This document shows, one piece after another, positions 50,180 to 59,686 of a stretch of DNA of 64,000 nt. The stretch covers positions 1 to 64,000 of the forward strand of contig JAWLHB010000038.1 of the NCBI GenBank assembly GCA_041690595.1, written 5' to 3'. The first letter of the stretch is position 1. Each line of letters begins with the position of its first letter. Under the pieces are notes generated by a model. That model saw nothing but the letters and a program-made list of their open reading frames with translations. It did no database searches and was not told the origin of the DNA. The position numbers and the translations under genes are program-made. The DNA comes from Lentisphaeria bacterium. Its GTDB lineage: Bacteria; Verrucomicrobiota; Lentisphaeria; JABSQK01; JAWLHB01.

Positions 50180-53100
50180 TTACTTCCGAACGACGCGCCA
50201 GCTCTGGCGGGCGCTCTTGCCGGAAGCCAGCTCCGTCAACTCCAGACGCTGAATCCCTGCTTCTTCATTGGCGGCAATGGGGATGTCGAGCGACCACTTA
50301 CCGTCGACAAAAGCGCCGTAGCCGGATCCTTCCAGACGCTCGTCGCCAGCGTCGTTGGTGATCGCGATACGAACCGGGACGACGCCCGGAACGGGGGCGC
50401 CATTCACATCGGTCAGGCTCGCGGAGAGACTCTGCCAGCTGCCCGTGGAGGCATCTGGAGCAGTGGTTTCCAGCGTGATACTCCCAATCGCTTCGGGAAG
50501 AAAGAGCAGTACGGCCCCGTCGGCAGCTCCCAGAGGCAGGCGCAACCGCCGCCGACTCCCGTCGTCATTCAGCTCGATACGCTCTCCCTGAGGCAGCCGA
50601 TAGGCCACCTTGCCGAGGCTCGCATCCACCACGAGGTCAGCTGTCTGCTCCAGCCCCTGGCCCAGCGTTCGCCCGAAATGCCCATACCAGCGACAGGGAA
50701 CGGAGAGGCTGTTGACCGCGACCACATAGCGTGCCTCTCCGGCGGCCAGCGTATTGACGAAGACGTTGTCCGTTTCCGTCCGCACCTCCTGCCCAGCCGC
50801 TTCACGAAGCAGCGCCGCCACGCGCGCCGTCGGCCCGCCACTCTCCATATAGCGCTTGCGCGCATCTTCCATCCCTTCGATGTAGAGCACATGATCCGTC
50901 GAACCATAGGCTGCCAGCAACTCCTGTTCGGCGCGCTGCAAGGCCTTGCGCTCCTCCGCGCCACCCGTGAAGTCGAGGACCTCCGCTCCCGGCACGTCGG
51001 CGCGGAAGCTGGTGTCGGCCAGCAGGATCCCGCCGCGCGAGCGGAAGGCGCGTAAGGCACGGGCCATGGGCTCCGTGATCACCGGAGATTGCCCGATTGC
51101 GACCAGCGAATAGCCGTCCAGTATGGACGGGGATTCGTCGAAATCCTGGTCGTAAAGCAGATCGAAGGGGAGCCCCGAATCAGCCACCGCCGCGGCCAGC
51201 GCACCCGCGCCCGGCCAGCGGATGTTGTTGTACAACTGGCCGGCAAAGGAGTGGATGATCGCAATACGCCGGGGCCGGTTCTCCCATCGGGGCCACAGCG
51301 CCCCCAGCGGATGCACGACATCCTTGTGCATCCGATGAATCTCGTCACGCAACTCGGGAATCCAGAGGAATGTACTGCTCCATTCACCGCGACGCTCGAT
51401 TTTGCCAGAGGCATCCTCCCAGGTGGGCCGCTCTCCCAGAAGGGCGTCGATCTCTTCCTGAGTCCTCACATGTTCGGCGCTGCCACGCTCGAGCGCGGCT
51501 GCAATGTTCCAGTAGGTCAGCCCGAGGGATGGACGCGCGAGGCAGTGCCACACCGTTTCGCGGAAGAGCGAAGGCGTGGGCATCCCCCCATACGGCGCGG
51601 CCATGCCGGGCTTCAGCAGGAACTGCGGCATCCCGGTCGTTCGCGCTCTCGTACCCCGGGTCGCGGCCGCCAGATTCTCCTGAATCCAGATCGCATGGTT
51701 GGGCGTGGCATAGTAGTACCACTCGTTCAAAATGTCCTGCTCGCTGAAAACACGTACTGCCGGCCGACGCAGCGCCGGCTCCCAGATGTTCTGCACCTGC
51801 GGAGCGCGCTCCCTCACCGTTCGCGCGAGCATGTCGCTAAGGAAGATCTCATTGCCCGGTTCGCCGCTGTGCCACCAGCGCGAGAAGGCGTAGAGCGGAT
51901 CGTCCAGAGGAATGATACCGCTCTCGGGCGGCGTGATCCCGCCAGCCTCCGGGCGCAGCCGCCCATAGGGATGCTGAACCTGGTCGGCGCTCGTCACGGA
52001 AGGCTTCTGCCACCGGGTCAGATCAAGCCCGAAGCGCTCGCGGGCCAGCTCGACCGTCGCCGGGCGGAAATCGATGTTCCAGATCCACTGGCTCTCGCAG
52101 TTCCAGATGGCATACCGCACGTCCGGCATCTTGGCCAGCGTATCTGCCAGCGCTTCCCCCTTGCGCAAACTGTCGGCGGCGGGGCCGGGCATCGCTTGGT
52201 CGACCCGCCCCTGCTTGCCGGATGCATCGACGAAACGATCGGCCTCGGAGCTGGGCGCGCCGGTCAGGCTCACTCTCGCCAGCGAATACAAGCCATTGCC
52301 GGTAGCGGTTGCGAGCTGGTGCGGGCGAGGCCCCTGCCAGTCGCAGGCGATCCCGCCCACGGTCAGCCCTGCCTCTGCCATAGCCTGGCTGTAACCGCTC
52401 CAACTGATTACTTGCGCGTTCTCCATGGGGATACGCCCCGGCAGGATCTGAATCGGGGCATTCAGTCTGACCAGCGTTTCCTCGCCGGCGGAGATCCGGA
52501 TTTCGAAGGCATAGCTGCCGCTGCGCAGTAGCGCGGGCGACCATGGCAGATCGATGTCCAGCGCATGTCCCGGCGAAAGGCGGGGCAGTTTCATCTCCCG
52601 TGAGAAGATCCCCTCGATTCCATAGTGGGCCTGGAGCCCCTCGTGGACCTGGTCGCCGTGGTTCAGCAAGGCGATGCTCCAGGTATGCGAACGGTGGTCG
52701 CGCGGGAAGAGGTGGATGGCTTCACCATCCTGAATGAAGAGGCCGTGCCGAGGAAAGCCGGCGGTGATCGGTGCCTCCCGTCCAGCCAGCGCGGCCACCT
52801 CTTCCGCATCGAGAGCCCGATCCCAATGTGCGAACTCATCGAAATGCGCGTCGGCGCGCACGGCAGGCGACGAGTCGTTCTCCACCCCGCCCAACGTGAT
52901 GCCGCCCAGGCTGTTCCGCATGGGCGCATCGTCCATGGCGAGGAGCTGCTCCCCATCGAGATAGAGCCGCAGGCGCGCCCCTTCCCACGTCATCGCCACA
53001 TGGTGCCAGTCTCCGGGCGTGAGCGGCGCGGGAAGCGTCGCCGACGCTGTCTTCGATGCATCGTCGCCGCCCCGTGCCAGCAACTCCAGACGGCGTTGGT

Positions 53101-54172
53101 CTCGAAGATCGACCCGGAAGTCGGTTCGCCACCCGCTGTCGTAGCCGACGGCGAGCAGGACGCGCCATCCCATCTGGCCCACAAGAGAGGTCCAGAAAGC
53201 GAACGATCCCGATTCCGCCGAGACCGGTTCGCCCGCGCGCAGGATCTCGCCGGCACGCCCGCTTTTTCCGGGCAACCATGTGGAGGCGGTGCTTCTGGCG
53301 CCGTAGCGTGCCTGCGGTTCCAGCATCCACCCATCGGCGTGGAAGGCGCCGGCTGCATCGGCGCTGATCCGGAAGCGCATCGGCCCGGTATCGCCCACAG
53401 AGGCATGTGACGGGATGGATTCGTCGGAACAGGTGAAGCGAAGCTCCACCCGCTGCCAGTCTGAATCGACGGTCACGGATCTCTCGGCACGCGGAGCCTC
53501 CGCGGCTTCCAGCCACGCCGAAAGGGTCAGCTCCATTGGCGATCCTTCCGCACGCAGGTAGACCGACACGACGTGCAATGCCGTCTTCGGGGTGGAGACT
53601 CCCACCGTGGTCACCCCATCGCCCCGTCCATGAGTCTGGACCTTCAACGCCTGATTCCCGGTCAGCGCGGCCCCGGTCGCGCTCACGGTCGCTCCGCCCA
53701 GAGGAGTGAAGGCATCCGCTCCGACCGACTCGACGGCGGCTATCGCGGGCGGAAAGTGATTGAACCCGCTCACCCCTTTGGTCGCATGAAACTGGCTGTA
53801 CTCGACAAAGAGGCCCTTGCCGAAACGGCCGTCGAGAAAGCGCGGCTCCCCCGTCTTCACCAGGCTGAAGTCGGGCATCGAGGCATGCGTATCGCGGGTA
53901 AAGGTCGCATGGCCTTCGCGCCCATCGGGGGAGAAGGAACGCAGCGAGCCATCGAAGGGAAAGACCCATTGCAGGCCATTCTGCAGGCTGTCCAGGGCGA
54001 CCGGTTCGCTCAGGGGCAGGGAGGGCTGCCCAAGGGAGCGTGACGCCGGCTGGCTCTCCACGTCGGGGGCCGGGAGCTCCGCCACGGGAGCGACTGCCAC
54101 GCCGGCTTCGCGGCATCCCAGCGGAAGGATCACGCAGATCAAGGCGAGTATGGCGAGAGAACGATGGAACAT
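50180..54172 (-). CDS. Large exported protein (possible lipoprotein) with CBM-like, LamG and putative GH barrel/beta-galactosidase trimerisation-like domains
   Basis: Hydrophobic N-terminus ending in LGC; WHHVAMTW..LYLDG..FDEF (LamG); LPFDLLYD..F...GG.LLAD. Confidence 0.7.
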   Translation of the reverse strand: MFHRSLAILALICVILPLGCREAGVAVAPVAELPAPDVESQPASRSLGQPSLPLSEPVALDSLQNGLQWVFPFDGSLRSFSPDGREGHATFTRDTHASMPDFSLVKTGEPRFLDGRFGKGLFVEYSQFHATKGVSGFNHFPPAIAAVESVGADAFTPLGGATVSATGAALTGNQALKVQTHGRGDGVTTVGVSTPKTALHVVSVYLRAEGSPMELTLSAWLEAAEAPRAERSVTVDSDWQRVELRFTCSDESIPSHASVGDTGPMRFRISADAAGAFHADGWMLEPQARYGARSTASTWLPGKSGRAGEILRAGEPVSAESGSFAFWTSLVGQMGWRVLLAVGYDSGWRTDFRVDLRDQRRLELLARGGDDASKTASATLPAPLTPGDWHHVAMTWEGARLRLYLDGEQLLAMDDAPMRNSLGGITLGGVENDSSPAVRADAHFDEFAHWDRALDAEEVAALAGREAPITAGFPRHGLFIQDGEAIHLFPRDHRSHTWSIALLNHGDQVHEGLQAHYGIEGIFSREMKLPRLSPGHALDIDLPWSPALLRSGSYAFEIRISAGEETLVRLNAPIQILPGRIPMENAQVISWSGYSQAMAEAGLTVGGIACDWQGPRPHQLATATGNGLYSLARVSLTGAPSSEADRFVDASGKQGRVDQAMPGPAADSLRKGEALADTLAKMPDVRYAIWNCESQWIWNIDFRPATVELARERFGLDLTRWQKPSVTSADQVQHPYGRLRPEAGGITPPESGIIPLDDPLYAFSRWWHSGEPGNEIFLSDMLARTVRERAPQVQNIWEPALRRPAVRVFSEQDILNEWYYYATPNHAIWIQENLAAATRGTRARTTGMPQFLLKPGMAAPYGGMPTPSLFRETVWHCLARPSLGLTYWNIAAALERGSAEHVRTQEEIDALLGERPTWEDASGKIERRGEWSSTFLWIPELRDEIHRMHKDVVHPLGALWPRWENRPRRIAIIHSFAGQLYNNIRWPGAGALAAAVADSGLPFDLLYDQDFDESPSILDGYSLVAIGQSPVITEPMARALRAFRSRGGILLADTSFRADVPGAEVLDFTGGAEERKALQRAEQELLAAYGSTDHVLYIEGMEDARKRYMESGGPTARVAALLREAAGQEVRTETDNVFVNTLAAGEARYVVAVNSLSVPCRWYGHFGRTLGQGLEQTADLVVDASLGKVAYRLPQGERIELNDDGSRRRLRLPLGAADGAVLLFLPEAIGSITLETTAPDASTGSWQSLSASLTDVNGAPVPGVVPVRIAITNDAGDERLEGSGYGAFVDGKWSLDIPIAANEEAGIQRLELTELASGKSARQSWRVVRK

Positions 54173-54363
54173 GATGGTCTCGTGTTATTGGTGGAAATCT
54201 CGAATCGCAGCCCCTTGTCGTGCGGCTGGATCGCCCGCGACTTTAGTCGTCTCCTTGACAGCTTCGGTTCCATTGGGTATCGTTCATAGCCGGATAACTG
54301 ATCGCGTGACGCTGTCATATCGCGGTTGACGGCTACGGACAATCCCCCAAAAGGAGTCACCCA

Positions 54364-54474
54364 ATGGGCGACAAGAAAGGCAAGAAGGATAAGGCCAAAG
54401 GGCAGCGACAGCAGGACGCCAAGCAAGGGAAAGCCGCGAAACAGAAGCAGGACAAGCAGAAGCCGAAGGCCTGA
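54364..54474 (+). CDS. Small Lys/Gln-rich protein (36 aa)
   Basis: AAGGAG SD; MGDKKGKKDKAKGQRQQDAKQGKAAKQKQDKQKPKA; followed by a hairpin; absent from the ORF track. Confidence 0.7.
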   Translation: MGDKKGKKDKAKGQRQQDAKQGKAAKQKQDKQKPKA

Positions 54475-54534
54475 TACGGCCGCGTGAGCGTTCGTCCCGG
54501 CGACGACTGGTCGCCGGGGCGCTTCAGCCTCACT

Positions 54535-54849
54535 CAAAAACCGCCTGATGGCGGTTCTTGAAAATGGCGGAGGGGGAGGGATTGCCTTCACTTTGTTCCG
54601 GCGCTGCCTCGCGCTGCTCGGCGGTCGAACCCTCTGCTCGGCTTCTCATCCCTCCCGGGCCATCATGCAAAAACCGCCTGATGGCGGTTCTTGAAAATGG
54701 CGGAGGGGGAGGGATTGCCTTCACTTTGTTCCGGCGCTGCCTCGCGCTGCTCGGCGGTCGAACCCTCTGCTCGGCTTCTCATCCCTCCCGGGCCATCATG
54801 CAAAAACCGCCTGATGGCGGTTCTTGAAAATGGCGGAGGGGGAGGGATT
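54535..54849 (-). repeat. tRNA-linked tandem repeat, 133-bp unit x ~2.4 (RtT-like)
   Basis: Units start at 54535, 54668 and 54801; each carries the last 19 nt of the tRNA and the terminator hairpin AACCGCC-ATCA-GGCGGTT(TTT) on the minus strand. Confidence 0.93.
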
Positions 54850-54921
54850 CGAACCCTCGGATACGGAAACCGCATCAACGGATTTCGAGTCCGCCGCCTT
54901 CGACCACTCAGCCACCCCTCC
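54831..54921 (-). tRNA. tRNA-Ser(CGA)
   Basis: GGAGGGGTGGCTGAGTGGTCGAAGGCGGCGGACTCGAAATCCGT...GGTTCGAATCCCTCCCCCTCCGCCA; long variable arm, G discriminator, encoded CCA. Confidence 0.97.
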
Positions 54922-54967
54922 GCAAAGAAGATGTGCAGGTCGAAAAATCGGCTAAAATCAGGCGATT

Positions 54968-54995
54968 AGTATACGGCACGTCGCACGGAATGCAA
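54968..54995 (-). promoter_or_regulatory. Sigma70 promoter of tRNA-Ser
   Basis: TTGCAT-N16-TATACT on the minus strand, upstream of the tRNA. Confidence 0.6.
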
Positions 54996-55117
54996 CGGCC
55001 GAAATGGGGATTTTTACACCGAAGCCCGCGAAGGTGAATTGTTGACATGGCGATGCGACTTCCTGTACTGTATCGACCATCCAACCACGAGAACTCACTT
55101 TCATCGGAGATTCGAAG

Positions 55118-56053
55118 ATGGCGCTGACCAGTCGACAGGTGGACCAGTATCACGAGCAGGGAGTGTTGATTGCGCCCGAAGTGCTGACCGAGAATGATCT
55201 TCAGCCGGTAACCTCCTGCATCCAGGCGATTGTCGATGAACGCGCTCGCCAGTTGTACGCCCAAGGGAAGATCTCCGATCTGTGCGCCGACGAACCCTTC
55301 GAGACCCGTTTTGGCTCTCTCTACAGGCAGTGCGAAGAGATGGGCGCGAATTTCGACATCATGCAGCTGCGGCCCAAAGCGCTCTTCGACTTCCTCTTCA
55401 ACCAGAACCTTCTGGATGCCGTGGAGTCGCTGATCGGCCCCGAGATCACCTGCAACCCCATTCAGCATCTGCGGCCAAAGCTGCCCGTCAGCGTCACCGG
55501 CGAAGAGAAAAGCTCATTTCAGAACGTGCCCTGGCACCAGGATGCGGCGGTGACGTGGGAAGAGGCGGACCCGACCGATATCGTCACCTGCTGGCTGCCG
55601 CTGATCGATGCCAATCGCGCCAACGGCTGCATGCAGATTCTACCCGGCGTGCACACGCGTGGTTACATCGAGCATCAGGCAGAAGGTGGTACCACCGTTC
55701 GCCCCGATCTGTTGCCCACGCAGATCGAACCGATCACGGCGGAGTGTCCCCGTGGCGGCGTCATCTTCATGAACAAGTACACGCCGCACCTCGGGCTGCA
55801 CAATCGCTCGGCCATGGTCCGCTGGTCCATGGATCTGCGCTATCAGCAGACGGGCATGCCCACCGGTCGGCCCTTCTGGCCCGCGGTAGTTGTGCGGAGC
55901 AAGGCAAACCCGTCGAGCGTCCAGACGAGCTACGCCGAATGGTGCGAGCGCTGGTATCACGATCTCGAACTCAGCAAAGGCGTCGGCTGGCATCGCACCG
56001 TACCGCGCGAGAAGCGGGTGCCGGCCGATCATCCCCTTGCCGGTGCTGTCTAA
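55118..56053 (+). CDS. Phytanoyl-CoA dioxygenase (PhyH) family protein
   Basis: VPWHQD, CWLPL..NGCMQILPG.H, TPH...NRS..RWSMDLRY. Confidence 0.92.
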   Translation: MALTSRQVDQYHEQGVLIAPEVLTENDLQPVTSCIQAIVDERARQLYAQGKISDLCADEPFETRFGSLYRQCEEMGANFDIMQLRPKALFDFLFNQNLLDAVESLIGPEITCNPIQHLRPKLPVSVTGEEKSSFQNVPWHQDAAVTWEEADPTDIVTCWLPLIDANRANGCMQILPGVHTRGYIEHQAEGGTTVRPDLLPTQIEPITAECPRGGVIFMNKYTPHLGLHNRSAMVRWSMDLRYQQTGMPTGRPFWPAVVVRSKANPSSVQTSYAEWCERWYHDLELSKGVGWHRTVPREKRVPADHPLAGAV

Positions 56054-56058
56054 GCTCC

Positions 56059-59000
56059 CTATTCGCCTTCGATGCCGATGATGCGGTACTCGTGCCATGG
56101 AATCCGGAAGGGCTCCGTGATCTCGAAGCGCCCGTCGCGGTAGGCTGTCTGGATCGTTTCGCCGCTCTCGAAGTCGTAGATGCGCCGGATGTTCTTCAGA
56201 TCGCGGGCACCGATAATCCGGTCGGCGTCGAAGGTCATGCCCCCCATCGCCCTATCCTTACGGTCACGGTCGATGCCGACATTGAAGAGCAGAACGATGG
56301 CGTGTTTGGCGCGCTCGTTGCGATAGATGCTGGCCGTGACATGGCTGTCGGGCGTCTGCACCAGCTCGCCCGTGCGCCAGTAACCGATGAACTCACAGGC
56401 GGTATCATCCCCATACGCGAGCTTGTACTGGAGCTTGGGTAGAAGCTCCTTATGATAGGCGGAGATGTCATGGCTGAGGCAGATCGCGGTGACGCTGCGC
56501 TGGATCTTGGCGTTCAACTCGGGCGTGGTGCCGCTGAAGCCACTCAGCCACGGCTTGGCGATGAGCATCGTGGACTTGGTGCGGGACATGGCTCGGAACT
56601 CGTCGAGCGTATAGCTCTGAAGGCTGGTGAGATCCGGAGCATCGCAGTACCAGTCGTTCTCCACCATCCAGAAGATCTGATTCCAGGAGAAGTCGGTGTG
56701 CATGTTCATGGCCCAGTAGGGCTTCCGTACATGCTTCCATCCGACCGCGTTGAGGCGCCGGCAGAGATCGCGCCGGTAAAGGGTGTTCCACTTGGCATCC
56801 ATCCGGTCGAGTTCGGGATCGTATTCGTCGATCGTACCGATCGAGGAGTTGTCCCACCAGGTGCCATTGAAACCCGCCTTGTCGATCAGCTTGTCGTGAT
56901 AGTAGACGAAGAAGTCGGTGAAGGATCTGGTCCAGTTGACCCCGCTGGCGGTCAGGCGCGTGTCCGTATCCCAATCCACCGAACCGGAGTAGTTGAACTT
57001 GCCGCGGAAGGTGTTGTCGGGGCTGGCCGTCCAATTGCTCTTGCGGAGCCATTCCCCGCCGTACGTTTCGAACTCGGGTGCACCCAGCCCGGTCATCCAC
57101 GTGGAGCCGTACATGACGATGGGCATCCCCTTGACAATCTGGCCCGGGAACTTGTTGAACCAGTTGTAAAGCTTGCTCACCTTCTCGTCCTGATAGCGGG
57201 TGCCGTAGACCATCGTCTTGCGAAGCTCCTCGTAGTGATCGACGTCGCCATCCAATGGAAGAGAGAAGCTGTCGACCGAATCGCCCCAGTACCGATAGCC
57301 GCGGGTATCGTGCGAGATTCCTTCTTCATGCAAAACCACGCGGTAGCGACGCTCGTTCGGCTTGACTGGCGCGGGCTGAATGGCAAAATGCAGCGTCCGT
57401 GCATCCTCCACCGTGATCGGGCCAGCCAGCAGCCGGATCCGCAGCTCCACATTGCCATTCTGCAGGCGCGAGATACGAATGCACGCCTGATCGTCCGCAA
57501 GCTGCCAGCCCTTGTCCGTCCAGGCATGGAACCAGAGACCTCGATCGCCATTGCCGACATACGTCCGCGGCACGAACGACTTCCAGTCCTTGCCCTGCGT
57601 GTGACGGATCAGCTCCGTACTCTGGAAATGCAGGCCCGGTTTGGCGGGAATCCCACCGAAATGATTGCCGTAGCGCCCGTCCCCCTTGCGCTGTATATAG
57701 AGTGTGTCGACCGGGTTTGCGGTGGAGTGCTTCAGTTCAACCACCAGATCGAGTGCATCGATCGCGGCGGCGGCAGTCGGCGCCAGCGTCAGCGCGACCT
57801 GATACCAGCTGTCGTACTCCTCGCGGGCCTGGATGGTCGCGGTGAGCGGTCCGATGCTCTGACTGCCGGCGACATCGACCTGGTGCATCGCCTGGTTGAC
57901 GATCTCGAAACTGCCTTCGGTAGCCGCCACGCTCGCCCCCTGTTCAAGGAGTTCCAGACGCATGGGAGCGGCCAGGAGTGCCTCGGGCTTTCCGGCGTTA
58001 CCGCTCGGCAAGCGCTGAAGGATCTGCGCAGGCAGCCCGCCGTCGCCCACGGTCGTGGCGGCCCCCCAGCTCTGCACGGTAGCGTTCTCCCGCACCACCA
58101 GCGGCGTGAACGGGGGCAGTACCTCGTCGGTGATGCCCAACTGATTATGCTCGAACGGGTAGTTACGGCATACAAAGGGAGCGACTTTCTCGGAGAGCAG
58201 CCCCCCCTTGCCGTCCAGCAGCCGGAAGAGTGCCTCATACTCGCCCTCCGCCAACGCCGGGCAGCTCATCATGCCATGACCCCGATAGGACTTCAGTTCG
58301 CCCGCGAAGTCGGCCAGGGAGACGGTTGACCCTTTGGCCCGCAGGCTGACGGTATAGGCGGCGGCCCCACGTATCGCGTCCGGCATGCCGAAAAAGTCGA
58401 CATCGACGCCGACGGCAGCCTTGCCATGGTACGGTTGCCACGCGAATGTGTACTCCCACTCGCCGCTCTGCGGCCGGCCCTTCGACCAGGGATCCAGATA
58501 CGTCTCCCGGTAATGGTCATCGAGCCGGATAAACGGGAGCCGGTTCTGATAAAGAATCCGGGTGCGACTGCCATCCTTGTAGGTGGCTTTGATGAGAAAA
58601 TGGTTCCGCTTGCTGCCATGCCCAGGCGTTACCGGAATACCCGACTGAGCCAGGGAGAGCAGTTGCGATTCGCCGGGATTTACGGTGGCGGTTCCGGTGT
58701 CGCTATGGAGGGGCTTGCCATCTTCGTCTTCGATGATGACCTCCACCGTCACTTCGGTGGGCTTTGTGCCGTTGCCGGTCAGCTCGATGCTCGCATCCAG
58801 ATTTCCTTCCATGACTTCCCCGAGCCGCCGGAACTGAAAGGTGGGCGCCTGTGGGTCGAAATGCACTTCAGGGAAGGTGTTCCAGGCCATCCACGGCGTG
58901 GGAACCCAGCCCGCATAGTAGATGCCCGCGCACGAATCGGTTCGTACCAACTGCATGATGAGGCTTCGTCCGTCGAGTTTCTTCACCTGCATCCGCGCCA

Positions 59001-59571
59001 GTTCGATCGAAAGCTCGAGGCTCCAGGATTCGTCGGTCACATGGCAGGCGCGTTCGCCCCCGATGCTCCAGAGATGTTCGGTTCCGATGGTACCATTATA
59101 ATAATGCCAGTCGGTCATGGCTCCCTTGGGATTGATCATCACCTTGTAGAAGCCGAAGCCCTGGCGCCCGGCCTGTTCGCGCTGATGCGGCGTGATCTGG
59201 ATCTCGACATGATCTTCGAAGAGGATCCCCATGTTCTCATCTTCCTTGATGCGCGCGGCCGGCCAGGTGCCCTTGGCATGGGGGGAGTGCATGGCCAGAT
59301 AGAGGTGGGTGTCGTCATATCCGATGTACCAGACCACCTGCTGCATTTCCGGCACGAGCGTGTTGGAGCCAACCCCGGCCACGGCGGCGAAACCAGTCAC
59401 CGCGGCGGCGTCCGCCCATTCGCCAGGCTCGATACTGCCATCGATGGTGGGCGCGGCAGCCACCTTGGAGACTCGCAGTTGCGGGACATCCGCGTCGGCA
59501 GGCTGATGCTTCGGCGCGGCGTGCAGGACGGCGGTCAGAAGACAGAATAACGGCAGCAGAACACGGCGCAT
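56059..59571 (-). CDS. Large secreted protein with N-terminal CBM9-like and DUF6067/GH123-like regions
   Basis: GAGGGG SD before ATG 59571; signal peptide; APTIDGSIEPGEW; VLPPFTPL; GTWWDN; FIGYW. Confidence 0.65.
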   Translation of the reverse strand: MRRVLLPLFCLLTAVLHAAPKHQPADADVPQLRVSKVAAAPTIDGSIEPGEWADAAAVTGFAAVAGVGSNTLVPEMQQVVWYIGYDDTHLYLAMHSPHAKGTWPAARIKEDENMGILFEDHVEIQITPHQREQAGRQGFGFYKVMINPKGAMTDWHYYNGTIGTEHLWSIGGERACHVTDESWSLELSIELARMQVKKLDGRSLIMQLVRTDSCAGIYYAGWVPTPWMAWNTFPEVHFDPQAPTFQFRRLGEVMEGNLDASIELTGNGTKPTEVTVEVIIEDEDGKPLHSDTGTATVNPGESQLLSLAQSGIPVTPGHGSKRNHFLIKATYKDGSRTRILYQNRLPFIRLDDHYRETYLDPWSKGRPQSGEWEYTFAWQPYHGKAAVGVDVDFFGMPDAIRGAAAYTVSLRAKGSTVSLADFAGELKSYRGHGMMSCPALAEGEYEALFRLLDGKGGLLSEKVAPFVCRNYPFEHNQLGITDEVLPPFTPLVVRENATVQSWGAATTVGDGGLPAQILQRLPSGNAGKPEALLAAPMRLELLEQGASVAATEGSFEIVNQAMHQVDVAGSQSIGPLTATIQAREEYDSWYQVALTLAPTAAAAIDALDLVVELKHSTANPVDTLYIQRKGDGRYGNHFGGIPAKPGLHFQSTELIRHTQGKDWKSFVPRTYVGNGDRGLWFHAWTDKGWQLADDQACIRISRLQNGNVELRIRLLAGPITVEDARTLHFAIQPAPVKPNERRYRVVLHEEGISHDTRGYRYWGDSVDSFSLPLDGDVDHYEELRKTMVYGTRYQDEKVSKLYNWFNKFPGQIVKGMPIVMYGSTWMTGLGAPEFETYGGEWLRKSNWTASPDNTFRGKFNYSGSVDWDTDTRLTASGVNWTRSFTDFFVYYHDKLIDKAGFNGTWWDNSSIGTIDEYDPELDRMDAKWNTLYRRDLCRRLNAVGWKHVRKPYWAMNMHTDFSWNQIFWMVENDWYCDAPDLTSLQSYTLDEFRAMSRTKSTMLIAKPWLSGFSGTTPELNAKIQRSVTAICLSHDISAYHKELLPKLQYKLAYGDDTACEFIGYWRTGELVQTPDSHVTASIYRNERAKHAIVLLFNVGIDRDRKDRAMGGMTFDADRIIGARDLKNIRRIYDFESGETIQTAYRDGRFEITEPFRIPWHEYRIIGIEGE

Positions 59572-59686
59572 GAGAGTCCCCCTCAAGGTTTGGTGTCGGC
59601 AGCGACAGAATGAAATGTATAGAGCAATCACTGCGTCAAGCATATGAATAGCGTGCCGAATACCGCTGTCAAGTCGCGCGATGCCA

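Noticed and set aside
54535..54849. attL/attR of an integrated genomic island at tRNA-Ser
   Set aside because: The tRNA-end copies are only 133 bp apart in identical units, with no integrase or cargo between them.
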